Positions 10,742 to 31,432 are shown, counted from the whole stretch's first letter. The stretch: 63,854 nucleotides of DNA, filler included, from Dugesia japonica (GCA_001938525.1; 6 parts of 6 records of this genome joined end to end with filler, not necessarily neighbours in it), one strand, 5' to 3'. Numbers and translations: made by a program. The notes: a model not told the origin generated them from the letters alone.

Positions 10742-10926
10742 TGTTGTGGTTCTACCTGAGTTAGATGGTGAGAAACACGGCTGAGGGAAAACAGCCCTCA
10801 GGGAAACTTTTTCAAGAATTTAACCCACCGTCCCTAAGGTAGGTTTTCAGTTCATGGTGGTTGACCTCTCTCTTAATGGGAGGTTCACACTCATAAACCT
10901 TTGTACTCGGGTTCATTATTTCCCCT
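10742..10926 (-). ncRNA. Putative structured RNA, copy B
   Basis: Reverse complement reads GGGGAAATAATGAACCCGAGTACAAAGGTTTATG...CCTACC/GGTGGG...TAAATTCTTGA...CCTGAG GGCTG/CAGCC CTCAGG...CAACA. Lies downstream of the minus-strand M4. Confidence 0.6.
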
Positions 10927-10985
10927 TATATTAGTAGCAAAAAAATACGATATTAATTATATACATTTTATTTCATAAAAATTAT

Positions 10986-11368
10986 TTATATCAAATCCAG
11001 CGCTCCTGGATCTAACCACTGGGTTGGATCGGTCAACTAAAAATTGAAGGCGGNAATGCCGTCATTGTCGTCCCATTGAGTCCAGGTTGTGTTGCCTATT
11101 TGGCGGGAGAGATCGGCGATGTATTGTTTAAGAAATTCTATCTTTCGCTGTAAAAGTTATTTCGTCTTTGCTTCTAAAGTGTTGGTTTGAGTCGCCAAGT
11201 CGCTCTGCTTCTTTACGATTAGATCTAATTGTTTTATTAACTTATCTCTCTAGGCCACTTGTTTGAGGATGACTCGGCCCGCCTTCCTTTTAAGATGTCT
11301 CTTTATCAAGAGTCGTTTCATAATCCGATGACACCATCGTAGGCTATTAGGGAAGGTTATACGTGGCA
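10986..11368 (-). pseudogene. Cassette ORF M4, second copy (three in-frame stops)
   Basis: tctttag|TG PRITFPNSLRWCHRIMKRLLIKRHLKRK...KIEFLKQYIADLSRQIGN...QWLDPGALDLI*. Confidence 0.75.
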
Positions 11369-11400
11369 CTAAAGAAAAGAATTATTAATGATATTCGAAG

Positions 11401-11500
11401 NNNNNNNNNNNNNNNNNNNNNNNNNNNNNNNNNNNNNNNNNNNNTTAATTAATTAANNNNNNNNNNNNNNNNNNNNNNNNNNNNNNNNNNNNNNNNNNNN
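11401..11500. other. Artificial scaffold linker (44N-TTAATTAATTAA-44N)
   Basis: The same 100-bp construct, with TAA in all six frames, recurs at 20711-20810, 29664-29763, 39472-39571 and 55429-55528. Confidence 0.95.
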
Positions 11501-11699
11501 TCATTTATTTTATTTGACAGAAACTTAATGTCAATTTAACATGGTGATATCAATGTGTCATAGAAATGAAATATCGTTATAATAATTAGAATACCTTGAA
11601 AAGGAAAGAAAATTTATTGCTTTCTTAAATATATCTTCCAACTTTAATTGTTCTAAAATGAAATAGTCCAATCAATACAGATTTGAAAAGACAACAACA

Positions 11700-11893
11700 G
11701 CCTGATAATCAAGACATTGGTTCACTTTTTGCATTGCTATACAAATTAACTTCTAAAGTTGAAACGGGTTGCGTTTTAAGACTCAGAGGAACAATAATAC
11801 TTGTGAAGATTACAAGTTTATTTAAATCTACTGGTGATTATAGAACCTTGATCTTGTATCTTGAACCATGTATCTTTAGAGAAATAACAACCA
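11700..11893 (+). mobile_element. Possible non-LTR (LINE) reverse transcriptase remnant
   Basis: LVKITSLFKSTGDYRTLILYLEPCIFREI loosely resembles the AKIxPIFK..NYRPISLL..KIFE motif of LINE RTs. Confidence 0.3.
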
Positions 11894-12262
11894 NNNNNNN
11901 NNNNNNNNNNNNNNNNNNNNNNNNNNNNNNNNNNNNNNNNNNNNNNNNNNNNNNNNNNNNNNNNNNNNNNNNNNNNNNNNNNNNNNNNNNNNGAAATCTC
12001 TTATACTAACTAACAATTTTGTTTTGTGATTTACTAATCTCATTTTGCGAGATTTTGAATTTTAACCTGGCGACTTCTTCCGAATATCGAAATTCCATGC
12101 ACTCAAAAGTCAAATTATTGCGAACGTTGAGCAAACAGAAGAACTTAAATTTAGAAGAGATTATTTATCAAAGAAACGGGTTTGCTATATTACTCATTGA
12201 TTAATATTAATAATGTTGTGGAATATAAGTTTTAAATCGTGATCGATAAGATTACTCTATAG

Positions 12263-12757
12263 CAGGAGTCTCGAACTCAAATGATCTCTCGGGACACATT
12301 AGACCATATTCGTTAGTCAGCGGGCCGCACTAATACTGTAACTCTAGGCCCTATAATCCATATTTGCAGCTTTTCGTTCAACAACAAATTACTGTTAATT
12401 ATTTAACAGTTGAACTTTTTGAATCAACTTTTCTTAAAGCATTTTGTTTGTATTTTTTATAAAAGTATTTCAACATTTTTCATCTGTCAAAAATCAGTAA
12501 TCTAAATTTGACATATTTTAGAAATTATTCATGCTTAACTACCGTAATTACCTAATGGTGGCGGTATATTCAAAATAAATGTACACATTTTGTTGATTAA
12601 TAGCAAAAAAGAGTATAATGAAAAAGATGTTAAGCGAATTCTACCTATTTTATATTTATTCTGCATCGGTTTGTTATTTGATTATATATTATTGTGTGCC
12701 GATATATTAACCGGGTCACCAATATGTTCGTTGAGGGCCACGAGTTTGACACTCCTG
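12263..12757. mobile_element. Non-autonomous hAT element (MITE)
   Basis: TIRs caggagtctcgaactc / gagtttgacactcctg; 8-bp TSD ctctatag / ctccatag. Confidence 0.85.
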
Positions 12758-14809
12758 CTCCATAGTATTGAAGTAATGGCTTACTTTCGGAAGCAATTAA
12801 GGCAGTTTAGATCTTGAAATAGAAGGGATAACTTTGTATTCTCTCCTAGATTAGCTAAGTAAAGTTCAATACGTTTTTAAAGGTCATTTGTTTCATATAA
12901 TATTTTTATTATTATAACTGATTAGTATGAGGATGAATTAGTTAAATTACAAAGAAAATAATGATTCAGTACGTTGAGTGTATTGCCTTAGTCGATTACT
13001 GACCGAAAGCATGACGATATCGAAATCGAAAGAAGCGTACAAAATATTGATAGTGTATGAGAAAGACAGGTGAAGAAACACAAAAGACAGAGACATACCA
13101 AGTTGATAAGGAAGAAAATCAATCGTTTTATAGTAATTTTAGAAGTGGCAAGCGAGAAAAGAAGCGTATGGAAATCTCGTTAGAAAAGCGGTTGATGCCC
13201 AACAAATTCGTTCTCAAGAATTACAGCGGTGATGACTAAAGGGAACGTGTAGTTATTGTACACACTCCAGCTTTTTCGGAACCAGTGAAAACGTTCGGTG
13301 AGTTTGACGTTGGATACGGAGCTCACTGAATAATATAAAATGAGTGCACAGCATTTTAGCTTATGTTTTAAAATCAATATATTTTAATTTTAAACTGTGT
13401 CTATTTTATGATCTTGATCATTTATTACAGTTAAAATAGGACATCTTCTTATTTAATACCATCCATTAATTAATGTTTAATTTTATTTATTATAGAACGC
13501 AAAAATCTAAAAAATGTGAATGATTTGGACTCGCTGAAATATCTCAAGACAAATATTTCAGTCGATACCCAGAAGAATTCAGAATTGCATGGCTTTGAAA
13601 GGAGAAAAGACAAAATATTAAATTTTGTACTATTTATACTATGTAACATTGACTTTATAACTGAATAACAATTTTTATAATCAAGTTCATTCTTTTACAG
13701 TTACTTTCAATTTAAAGTGCATTTTTATATTCATTAAATAATCATTCAGGGATTACCAATGCATTTGAATACGACAGTAATTTCATTTGCGTTTATTATT
13801 AAATGATTGTATATCACAGGACAATATGATTTTGATAAAATAAATGAAGAATTTATCAACAATTTAGAAACCAAAAAAAAATCAATTTCAACACGAACTC
13901 CATAAAAACTTACCATGTAACATGGAATACTATTTCCGAGAACTAAAAGTATAAATAAAATAATAAAATCTTAAATTTGCAAAAAAATTTATTAAATCTT
14001 AAAGCAAAACAGAAGACTTGATTTAAAATTTACTCACTATTTTCTGATAGTAAACAATCACATGATACTGATACAACAGTTTGTTGATGATTATTTATAT
14101 ATTGATGAATATCCGTATTAGGAACAATCGATATATTTTCAACAGCATACAATATTTTCAGATTGTCATAATTAGATGAGTACCTAAAATAATTTAAGAT
14201 AAAGGGAAAATTATATTGAATTAACATTTGAATTAATACGGTTATTTCTTTTGAAGCGCCTTTTTTCATATTCTATTTATTTTTCCACGTGTAAAAGTCA
14301 AATTTATTGGTTACAGTTACATTAATTTGAATCTTTCAATTAATTTTTAGAGGAAGATTTTAATATTGAAATGAAATGTGACTTCTTCTGTTTCAGAAAT
14401 AAGAGATTACATATAAAGTCGGTCATAAAATACAAATCTTCGTCGTTTAGAAATAGTTCGCCACAGCTAACAAACATTATAAAAATAGAAATAATCATAC
14501 TATGCATTCTAAGGATGAAAGGTGTGAAACAACGCAATGCAATTATCATGTAATGTGCTTCAATAAAATTCAATTCTACTTGTTTCTCAAAAGACTAAAT
14601 GAATAATCTTAAATATGGGAAGATTTAACTTTTGAGGTTATTTATCAATTATAAAATGTCTATTTAATTTTAAATGTTTTAGAAAAGGAAAAGAAACACT
14701 ATTTTTCACTTTAAACGTTAAAATTTGATAAAATTTACAAGTTATACATTCAGTGTTTAAAGAAACCTGTCGTATAAAGCACCCAGTCAAAATAGCACCA
14801 TCAAAAAGT

Positions 14810-15038
14810 TTATAATAATTATTATTATTGTTATTAATNNNNNNNNNNNNNNNNNNNNNNNNNNNNNNNNNNNNNNNNNNNNNNNNNNNNNNNNNNNNNN
14901 NNNNNNNNNNNNNNNNNNNNNNNNNNNNNNNNNNNNNNNNNNNNNNNNNNNNNNNNNNNNNNNNNNNNNNNNNNNNNNNNNNNNNAATCCCAAGAGAAAA
15001 AAGAACAATACAAAATAGCTTAAAAAATAATAATAATG

Positions 15039-15071
<33 letters not shown>

Positions 15072-15121
15072 NNNNNNNNNNNNNNNNNNNNNNNNNNNNN
15101 NNNNNNNNNNNNNNNNNNNNN

Positions 15122-15155
<34 letters not shown>

Positions 15156-15316
15156 TTAATACATAATAATATAAAATAATATATAATATAATAAAATTAT
15201 TAATAATATAATAATAATATGATTAATAATATAATAAAATAAAATATAATAAAATTAAATATAATAATAAAAAACATAATATAATAAAATAATATATTAA
15301 TAATAATAATAATTAT
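14810..15316. repeat. (AAT)n microsatellite / low-complexity tract
   Basis: Direct reading; partly gapped. Confidence 0.9.
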
Positions 15317-15975
15317 AAAATGAATGTGACTTCTTCTCTTTCAGAAATAAGAGAAGTCACCATCGTATAATGAGATATCAATAAAAAACATAGTATCATA
15401 AATCAAATAGTTATTGAAATAAATAAAACACTTCTAATATTCAAAATGATTACGCAGTAATTCTCAGAGATCAATTTTACATTGTACAAATTAAGATGAA
15501 TGAGAACTGATTGAAATGATCGTATTGTGATATGATGTAAATATTTGTACAAAAGACGTCTGTAGAAAACATACACGTATACACATGAGTTGAAAAGGTT
15601 TGGTTCATTTTGTTTAACTCGGTCTACCCAAGAATTTTTCCAACCTCGAAACCAAAAACTCATCTAAATCATGTCTAAAAATGGTTCATATTCACTGGTT
15701 TATTTTAGATTATTTTAAAGGGATCAACAGAAACTCTATCGTTAAATATTGCATGATTAGTCAATATATTATCATTGAATTTCGCTAACGAGTTCTGGAT
15801 TTCTTTGCTACATTGTCAGTTCCATAGATGGACCATATTTATTAATAAGACAAATGTATATTCTAGCAAAATCATTGAATTAATGGTTTAATAATTTACT
15901 TCACCACATTTTATTAATTTTTTAAAATAAATCGTTTGTTTTATTAATTTAGCATATTTCTTTGTTAATGAATTA

Positions 15976-16121
15976 TTTCATTAAATTAAAAGCTTCTATC
16001 AAAATGTTGTTTTGTTTCTTTTTTGTTAGATATTCGAATCTTCGACTATTGTTTTCCTCAGGAATATCGTAAATAATAAAAAGAAACAAAGCAAAATTTT
16101 GATTGAACCTTTTGATGAAAT
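15976..16121. mobile_element. Short MITE, copy 1 (copy 2 at 44657-44834)
   Basis: Inverted ends cattaaattaaaagcttctatcaaaatgttgttttgtttc / gaaacaaagcaaaattttgattgaacc; internal sequence shared with the 44.7-kb copy. Confidence 0.7.
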
Positions 16122-17239
16122 CTCAAATGCAATCAATGGTTAAGTCCTACAAATTATTTGGTTTCCATTTTTCTATTATAAGAATAATGGCTTTTAATTT
16201 TTATCAATTTATTTTATATTTATGTTTGAATTAAACTCGAACTCAACAGACATACATTAACACACACGTAAAATAAATTGATTTATAAAAATTGTACCAT
16301 TTTCCTGAGATTGTAATGATAGTATATGGTTGAAGGCAATCAATTTGGTTTTGAGATGCAACAACAAGAATCTTTTCATTTTCCCCATTTTCAATGCTTT
16401 TCGACCACAGAAATAAAAAGTTAATTGTTTTTGTAATTTCAATTATCATTAATTGCAATTTCTCATATTCTTCTTTATTATCTGCATTTTCTAAATAAGA
16501 AAGCTATCAAAAAAANNNNNNTTTTGAAATTTCTATTATAAAGATAGTTTAATGGAAAATGTTTTAATGATAAAGATTGAAATCATTAAAATATTACAAA
16601 GTTTATTTTCAACTTTAGAGAAATTACTTGTTGAATCAAAAAAATAAAGCAATAAAAGCAACAAAGGAAAATTTAATACCATTGCTAGGCGGAACAGAAA
16701 CGCTCACCGTAGAGCTTAAACTTATCCATAACCAATTTATATAAAACAAAAGACATGTTTTTATTTTGTTCAGTGAATCAGAATAAATATTTCATACAGA
16801 GCCAAACAATTTGAAAATCAACTTCAATTTCCAAAATACATTTAAAGATATATTTACAAAATAACTAAAAGTTTAAAATCTTAATTTAATTCATTTATTT
16901 TTTAAAATATGTTAATTTCCATAAATGAAGTTTAGCTTTCAAAAAATCTAAACTCTGTACTCAACAGTTTATTAAATATATAAATTTACATAAATTGATA
17001 TGAATATTACTACAGAGTTATCACATGGATTGGTAATAACCTGGCAAGCGAGTTCGCAGAAAGAAATTTTCTGCACACGTTAAGACGGGGGAAATAATGG
17101 TGGAAACACTATTAAAAGTAGCAAATTCAGTAATGTAATTTTCAAGATAGAAAAGCCCCAAATCAATCTAGCTATAGTTTCTAAGCAAGAACTGATTCTG
17201 AAATTTGTTAATGCTAGTGAACTGTTGAAACAGTAAGGA

Positions 17240-17400
17240 GGAAACAAGGATCCTGGTGTCAGACAAAGGAAAATTTATTCTGAGTTGGATTCTATTCTAC
17301 TTGTATTAGCGATGGAACTAATGGGGTCTGTGTGGCCACCTGCATGTATGGTCGAACGAGGACTGAAGTTCTTGTACCATGGAAGGACTGATTTGTGGCG
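17240..17400 (+). mobile_element. Possible LTR-retrotransposon integrase remnant
   Basis: ILVSDKGK and PPACMVER in nearby frames resemble the SDNG and NGxxER integrase motifs. Confidence 0.3.
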
Positions 17401-19089
17401 AATTCGTATGGAAATCTTTTAGTTCGATACCTCTTAAAAGAGGAGAAAACCTGACTACATGGTTAGGTATTAATATATTTAACAATTTGGAGGTTTTACA
17501 TATATTGATGCAAATTTTTAAATATATAAATATATAATCATGTAATAAGAAACACTAAACTACATAGTTCTTTAAGGAAAACAATGAAAATCGATGGTGT
17601 TCTTTTCTCTAAAAATTATGGAATGGAAACATTTTAATAAATCAAGTATTTGGAGTTAATCTTTTTTTGCCAACGAAATCTGAGCTAAAAAGTCTTTGAC
17701 GGGTGTGAAATATGACTAAGAATATTATAATATTTTCATATTGACCTTTATATAAGTAAATTGACATATGTATGTGATAATAGGTGAATTGACTGTTTGA
17801 ATGTGTGTATGATTTTAGTGCTCAGACATTATTACATAACTGATTCTTCAAAAGTTATATATCTATATATTTATATATTTGTTACAGTGTTATTTTGGAT
17901 TTAAATATATATTTTATGCTTAATTCTATTTCCAAGTCTAACAACGGGATAAAGTCTTTTCAAAATAGGGAAGCCATTATCTTAGAATTCTAAAAATCTT
18001 TGAAGCGTTTTTGACGTAGCACAAACATATAAAAACACGACGGTACCTTTTCTGGTTGGGAACATATTTCATTATCGCTGTAATCCTGTTCTTCTTGAAT
18101 CTACTCGGCTAATGATAAAATTGTCTATTCAGAAGGTGAATTAGCAATGATCAAGTTAGAATCCACAATAATATACTGGCTAAAATCAATCAGTCAAATA
18201 AGATGAAACAAGTTCAAATAAACTGTCATTTACAGGATGCTCATCAATATACTATACGAATTAGTTTTCGAAAATGCTATTAAACCCAACATGTCGAAAG
18301 TAATTTATTATCGTGTAATCAGCAATCTTTTCCAATGAATCTTTAAGAATATGACCTGCTTGATGCAGTCGAAAAAAGATTATCATCGAAAACTTGGAAT
18401 GCTAACAATAACTAAAAAATATCATTTTGATCTAAACTTTCTAATTTATTTAAACTTTAAAAATGCGATCAATGGTTAAATCCAAAAATTATTCTCGAAA
18501 TAATCGTAATTGCAAAATAAAAATGTGTCAAAATTTTAAGATATAGAAGTGTAAAAATTTAATTTTCGTGAATATTATAATTCTTTATCACAGTAAACTT
18601 ATTTCTTCTGATAATTTTTACAGACTTCAAGTTAAAAGAACCAGTAAAACTAGGCAGCTTTAACTCTTTTGGGTATAGTATGTTAAAAACTTATCCATTT
18701 CAAAACCTGAATATTAACAATATGATATAATTTACTTTGGTGAAAAATTAATAAACATATATAAAAAATATAAAGCAAATTTCTCATAAATTCTATTTTT
18801 TTACAAAAAAATTATGTTAATATCAAAAAGATTTCACTAATACACTTACTGTGCTTAATAAAATACTTGCTGAAATAATCGGAAAGAACCACTTCACTCT
18901 TTTTACGAGATAATATTTTATTCAGTGTATTCACGTGGCCATTCCTATACAAAAATTTGTGTAAAAAATGAAATAAATTACAAAAATATAAATGACTCAT
19001 TTAAATCGTCAGCTACTCACATCAAACAAAAGGTAAGGAAAAATAAATACATTTTTTATATAATGAAATTAATAAAGTTCTTAGTGTGT

Positions 19090-19640
19090 ACAGGATTTCC
19101 CATCAGTTTTCACACATTGCTGCAAGCGGCGTTAAAAGACCAACATTTGTTAGCAATTGTAAGATTATTTTAGAACATTTATTTGAGATAAATTCCATTA
19201 GTTGCTCTTTAACGCAAGGGTTTCGCTTTTAAACTTCATTTTTCAGTCAACCCCAATGAAAATATCGGACGGAGAAAGGTCTTTGGATCGTGATAGAAAT
19301 TTTTTATTAAGAATGTGTACGAGTTCCCTCTTGTTGAAATCATATCTTCTGTAAAAGTTTCTTTCGTTTTAGTAACGGAACTAAAACTTCTTCTATCATA
19401 CGCAAATAACCATCCCCTTTGATGGTATCTTTTGCATTCTCTGGAGGAACAACGCTCGCAGATCTACCTTATTGAGTTAAGTTCTAGTTTCCATACATTT
19501 TTGTAGATGCTCCTGATGGTTTTGTTACTTGGAATATTTTCAAATTTCTTTCTTGTTTATTTCCGACAAATCGATGTCGAGCCATCAGCAATACAATTTC
19601 CGTTCTTTCTTTAATTTTCAGCATTTTGAAATTTTGGTTT
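19090..19640 (-). mobile_element. Tc1/mariner transposase remnant
   Basis: LSRSKDLSPSDIFIG (cf. WPPRSPDLxPxDFFLWG) and N-terminal MLKIKERTEIVLL on the minus strand; internally deleted. Confidence 0.6.
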
Positions 19641-19943
19641 TTCGAATATTAAAACAAGTTTAAAACAATATTAAAACAAACCCGCATTATTATTTCATAG
19701 ATTTTCCCTCAGACTGCTGGCTTCTAAGACAATATATATATAAGCCGATGTCATTTTTAGATAATAAATTTTAGAACACTGATTTGAACTTTTTAATAAC
19801 ATGGCCTAAATTGTGCTGTTGAAATATTTGTTTTCTTTATATAAGAGAATAGTCCAAATAATATGCCTATGTTAATTTTTTCATGGAAATATCTGTTAGT
19901 TATAAATGGTTCGCAGCTTTAAATGACATTTCTCACTTTAGAC

Positions 19944-20353
19944 CAGTAGTGGGCAAATGGTGTGTCGCGGCAAGTGTTCTGGTGTCGCGAAAAATAATTA
20001 AAAATTACAAAAAACTCTTCACAGCGGCAAGTCCATACAAGTAGAGGGATAGTAGCNNNNNNNNNNNNNNNNNNNNNNNNNNNNNNNNNNNNNNNNNNNN
20101 NNNNNNNNNNNNNNNNNNNNNNNNNNNNNNNNNNNNNNNNNNNNNNNNNNNNNNNNNNNNNNNNNNNNNNNNNNNNNNNNNNNNNNNNNNNNNNNNNNNN
20201 NNNNNNNNNNNCTTATGTTTTTCCTGGTTTTTCAAGAAGAATTTAAATAAATGTTTTTTGGTACCGTTTTAAATTGCGAAAAAAGAAATTGTAGTGTCGC
20301 GAAAAAAAAATTACTTAGGTGTGTCGCGGCTTGAAAATGTTTGCCCACCACTG
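19944..20353. mobile_element. Non-autonomous hAT element (MITE)
   Basis: TIRs cagtagtgggcaaa / tttgcccaccactg, perfect 8-bp TSD ctttagac, subterminal gtgtcgcg repeats. Confidence 0.9.
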
Positions 20354-20810
20354 CTTTAGACTAATAAATTAAGCATTTAAAAGCATAAATAATCATACTT
20401 TTTCCATTTTTTAAAATCATTTTTCGGAGTAAATGGTTGTATTTCTGAATCAAAGAGAAATGATTTTAAATCCAAGATTTCCGAATTTTGTTTTCCAAAT
20501 TCATTATAAATTGGGGAATTCATTTTATCAATTTTTAATTCGTCACAAGTCTGAATTTGAATATCAAGAAACATTAATTAAAATGGAGTGTTTACATTAT
20601 CATCACTTAGGGAATGAAAATGTTCTATTTCAACTGAATTTTCGCATTCTTTGGCATCATTATATTGAAATTTTTCTTTAATAGTTATTTCCTTAAAAAT
20701 ATTTTAATTANNNNNNNNNNNNNNNNNNNNNNNNNNNNNNNNNNNNNNNNNNNNTTAATTAATTAANNNNNNNNNNNNNNNNNNNNNNNNNNNNNNNNNN
20801 NNNNNNNNNN

Positions 20811-21560
20811 CAGGCCAAAAAATGTAGCTTTCATGGCATTTTCGATTATGTTGGTGTAATCCGAGTCCAAGAATTTCGGACCCATTGTACAACATCGTCA
20901 ATTTTTGGCTTAATTAAGTTTTTTCTTGTATTTCGCTCTTGTTTTTATTCAATAAAAGGGTTTATCTCTTCTTGAATGTAATCTTTAAATAGTTTGTTAA
21001 TAACAATGTCCAAACTTTGCAAATATGGAGTGGTGCCCGAAGGCATTATTAATTGAAGAGAGGAATTCTTTCATAGATCTCAGTCTGTGAGTACTTCCAG
21101 AATTCAATATTTGAAGCCCTCTTTGTCCATATCGAAATACCGGTGGCCTTATCCTTTCTAGACATTTTTTATGACATCTTGTGTACTCCAGGATTTTGCT
21201 GATTCGATTAAATAAATACCGTTTTTATAAGTAATTTAATTTTTTGAACTTTTTATAATAATCATGGGTAGTATTTTTTCAGTATCGAGTCAAAAGACCA
21301 AAATACATGTCAGTCTAGAGCTTTCATAACCTGTAAACTAAACTGCTTGCACTATGTGTGACTGTTGTTTGGCTATTTCTCCCAAAGCTTTTTCATTCAT
21401 TGCTATAGAAAAAATGTGTTTATACTGTTTGATAATGATATGATAAATTAATACTATTTAGGCAAGTGCGCGTCAAATAATTTCATGGTCTGGATGTTTG
21501 AAAAGAGTTGCAGACCTCCGTAGGAACATTCTGTAAATTTAAATATAAATTTTTTAAAGT
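20811..21560 (-). mobile_element. pogo/Tigger (DDE_1) transposase remnant
   Basis: IMPSGTTPYLQSLDIVINKLFKDYIQ and TGYESSRLTCILVF*LDTEKILPMII match pogo motifs. Confidence 0.8.
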
Positions 21561-22837
21561 CAATCAAAGTGCCTTGTATTTACTTGTATTTATTCAAAAA
21601 AAAAATACACGAGTGCTTTTAATAAAGAGAGTACTTCAGNNNNNNNNNNNNNNNNNNNNNNNNNNNNNNNNNNNNNNNNNNNNNNNNNNNNNNNNNNNNN
21701 NNNNNNCATTCAAATAAATACCCGTTAAAATAAATATATAATGAAAGACAAATTTATTTTTATTATTTAATTTATTTGACCATTTAATTAGTTACTCGAG
21801 CCAAATTCGTAAGAGGCTAAGGTTATACACTTAGAAAAAATACATTTAGTAACAAATACACGTTTTAAAACTTGGAGCTCTAAATACAGCGCGTTACATT
21901 TTCATATTTATATTATGATTCAAATTTATCGTATAATTTAATTAAATGTTTTTATTTTTACAAAATTAATTTTATTGAATTATCTTGAATATTTTTACAA
22001 TTAGTTTACAATTGTAAACTAACGTTTGTAAAAACATTAAATGTGACAATCAACAAAAATTTTGACGATAAACTTCGAAAATTTCAAGAAATCAGAACTT
22101 TACAATTTATCATTTTACTCTATGAGATAAAATCATTAAATAAATCCTATCAAATTAAATTTTATTCTGTTAATAAAGTTAACTAAAAATGAATACATTT
22201 AAAGTCTAGACATACTGTCAGATTTAATTGTTCATTAGATAATTTTTGATTACCACTTGCAAATTTTAATTAATTATTCACTTAATATATATAAANNNNN
22301 NNNNNNNNNNNNNNNNNNNNNNNNNNNNNNNNNNNNNNNNNNNNNNNNNNNNNNNNNNNNNNNNNNNNNNNNNNNNNNNCATTAATTTATTATGAAATAT
22401 AAAATTTGTTTCAAAATACTGAACAACATTTTAAAACTTTATAAACCAATTTAATAATAATTATTATTTAAAAATTAAAAAATAATGTAAATATAAAATT
22501 TCCTATAAATCCATGATGCACACAAATTCTGTAATTTCAAGCACCTACATATAATTATCCCAATAAATTTACATGCACATTAATTTTAGTCATCTTTATC
22601 TAGATTTATAAATGATCAACCAATAGAAAGTGAATCACATAATCGATTTTCTTGTTACAGGCCTTATCATGCAGAAATTAATAATTTTTGCACACATTTT
22701 TATAAATATATAAACACGGAAAATTGCTTTAAAATTATTATTAAGAATTAACAAATAGATTTATTTAAATTATAATCAGTTTATTTGAGATTCTTAGTTT
22801 GGAATTATTTTGGAATATTTTCTGAACAAGTCACAAA

Positions 22838-29391
<6,554 letters not shown>

Positions 29392-29595
29392 AACCGACAA
29401 TACTTTTAAATACAATTTATTTCTCTAGTATATATTATTGAACATTATTTTTGTGAAATGATTTTATAGCACTGGATTTGCTTTATTCTTTGTTATTGCG
29501 ATGTTATTTTATTAAATAACATGTTTTGTATTTTCTAAGTTAATTTGATTTAAAAAATTTATATGTTTATAATAATTTCATTTATTAAGTAACAA

Positions 29596-29596
<1 letters not shown>

Positions 29597-29663
<67 letters not shown>
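29597..29663. repeat. (TTA)n microsatellite at scaffold end
   Basis: Direct reading. Confidence 0.9.
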
Positions 29664-31132
29664 NNNNNNNNNNNNNNNNNNNNNNNNNNNNNNNNNNNNN
29701 NNNNNNNTTAATTAATTAANNNNNNNNNNNNNNNNNNNNNNNNNNNNNNNNNNNNNNNNNNNNTTTAATTAAAATTAAGCGTTACCTTTGAATAATAAAA
29801 TATTTATAAAGTACGTTTTGATTTTTGAATTACATAGCAGAGTTCACATATATTAGTTATCTATATTTGTGTAAAATCTTCATATATAATAATTGTATTG
29901 ACACACACAAAGAAAACGAATCAAATCATATAAAATCATTATAACACATTANAATCGAACCATAAATAACTTGTTGAGTAGAAATACCCAACATATATAA
30001 TGGTAGCCATTCCTGTCTTGAAATACTAATAAAAGACAAAATTACTAAAAACCAAAATCATATATAGATAAGTTAAAGAACTATAAATATTAGCCTAAAA
30101 TCAATTAGTACAAATTAAGTATGCATTTGATTTATATTTATGACTAAGAAAGAAGAAGAAAAATAGGATTCGAATAATTTATTTAGATAAAAAATTGTTT
30201 ACCTTCGATAATGTGGAAAAGGCACAACGCCCAGGATTTCCATAAGTTAATCCCCAATAATAAGTGTAATATATTCCATGCTCAGTCAAATTCCCGTAAT
30301 TTAGCGATGTTCTCTTCATTTTCTTGGAATTCCTTGTGAATAGAGAACAAATATTTTGCTGCTGAATTAGCCTTGTATTGATGTGTTATGAATATTACCA
30401 GAATGGCATAGTGAGAAATTCCTAAGAAAACTGAAATAACCCACTAGTCGATTGCGTGCGTATGCAGTATGAGGAGAATGACATTATCGGCTTGATGTCG
30501 CTACATACGTTAATTTTTTTTGGTGTTTCCACACACAGCCTTGACCATTGTCGTAAAAAACTCTGTTACCAAGGGAACAACTGCTAGGTAACCCTCACAA
30601 CATACGGAAATTTAAAATGAATAATTGCATTAACATTTTAATTTTCTTTTATTTAGTTTATGATGATTGAAAACAATTTTAGTGGTCCTCGTTATTAGAG
30701 AGGCTCCATCCAATAAAATTCTTCTTTTTATATACGCACTTAATGAGCTATTTTTCATCATTGGCATGGAAAGCGCTAACGCTACATACCCTATTGATCC
30801 AGGGATGAACATTCATAAATAAGAAAGGGCGTGCCACTGCAAATGTTAATAAAATGTTTTTCGTGAATAATTTTATTGATAATATTATTGTGGAAGTAAT
30901 TTCACCACTGGTTATCATTATGTTAGTATATATGTTTAATATTATTCATATTGGAAGAACCACTATTATCGGTCCCGAGGAAATTAATATGTTCTTAATT
31001 AATAGAGTTTTGGGGATTACCACTTATACTCGGTTTTGGTCATACAAATAATAAGGTTCATCAAGTGCAAATATAATTGTTGATTCGAGTCTTGAGTTAT
31101 ACGTTACTATTAACCATTTCAATTTTTAGCTC

Positions 31133-31315
31133 ATGCCATCGGAATTATATTGTATTCTACGTTGGGTAAAAGAGCAACGCCCAGCTAGTCGATCCAAACA
31201 ATTAATAGCGCACCTACTGACCAAGGGGGAAATTGAGCATCCAGACGAAACGGATCTGAGATGCTTTGTAGAAATGTTTCCCTTTATGGCAGAAATCGAA
31301 CTAAACGCAGAATAA
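31133..31315 (+). CDS. Cassette ORF M1, second copy (60 aa)
   Basis: Same length as, and homologous to, 5201-5383; preceded by tttttag|ctcATG. Confidence 0.75.
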   Translation: MPSELYCILRWVKEQRPASRSKQLIAHLLTKGEIEHPDETDLRCFVEMFPFMAEIELNAE

Positions 31316-31432
31316 GTCATGCTGTTTGTAGCATTGTCATGAAAGTAAATTACATGCGCCATCTCGTTGACGTTTTTATTGTTTATGGAAAATTTGGTTT
31401 TATTCTAATCATTCTCATACTTTAATTAGGAA

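Noticed and set aside
12920-13360. Possible gag-like fragment and short LTR
   Set aside because: No diagnostic motif or second LTR; too weak to call.
20811-22837. Absence of a head-to-head partner collagen IV gene
   Set aside because: Only ~2 kb of upstream sequence is available before a linker, so absence cannot be concluded.
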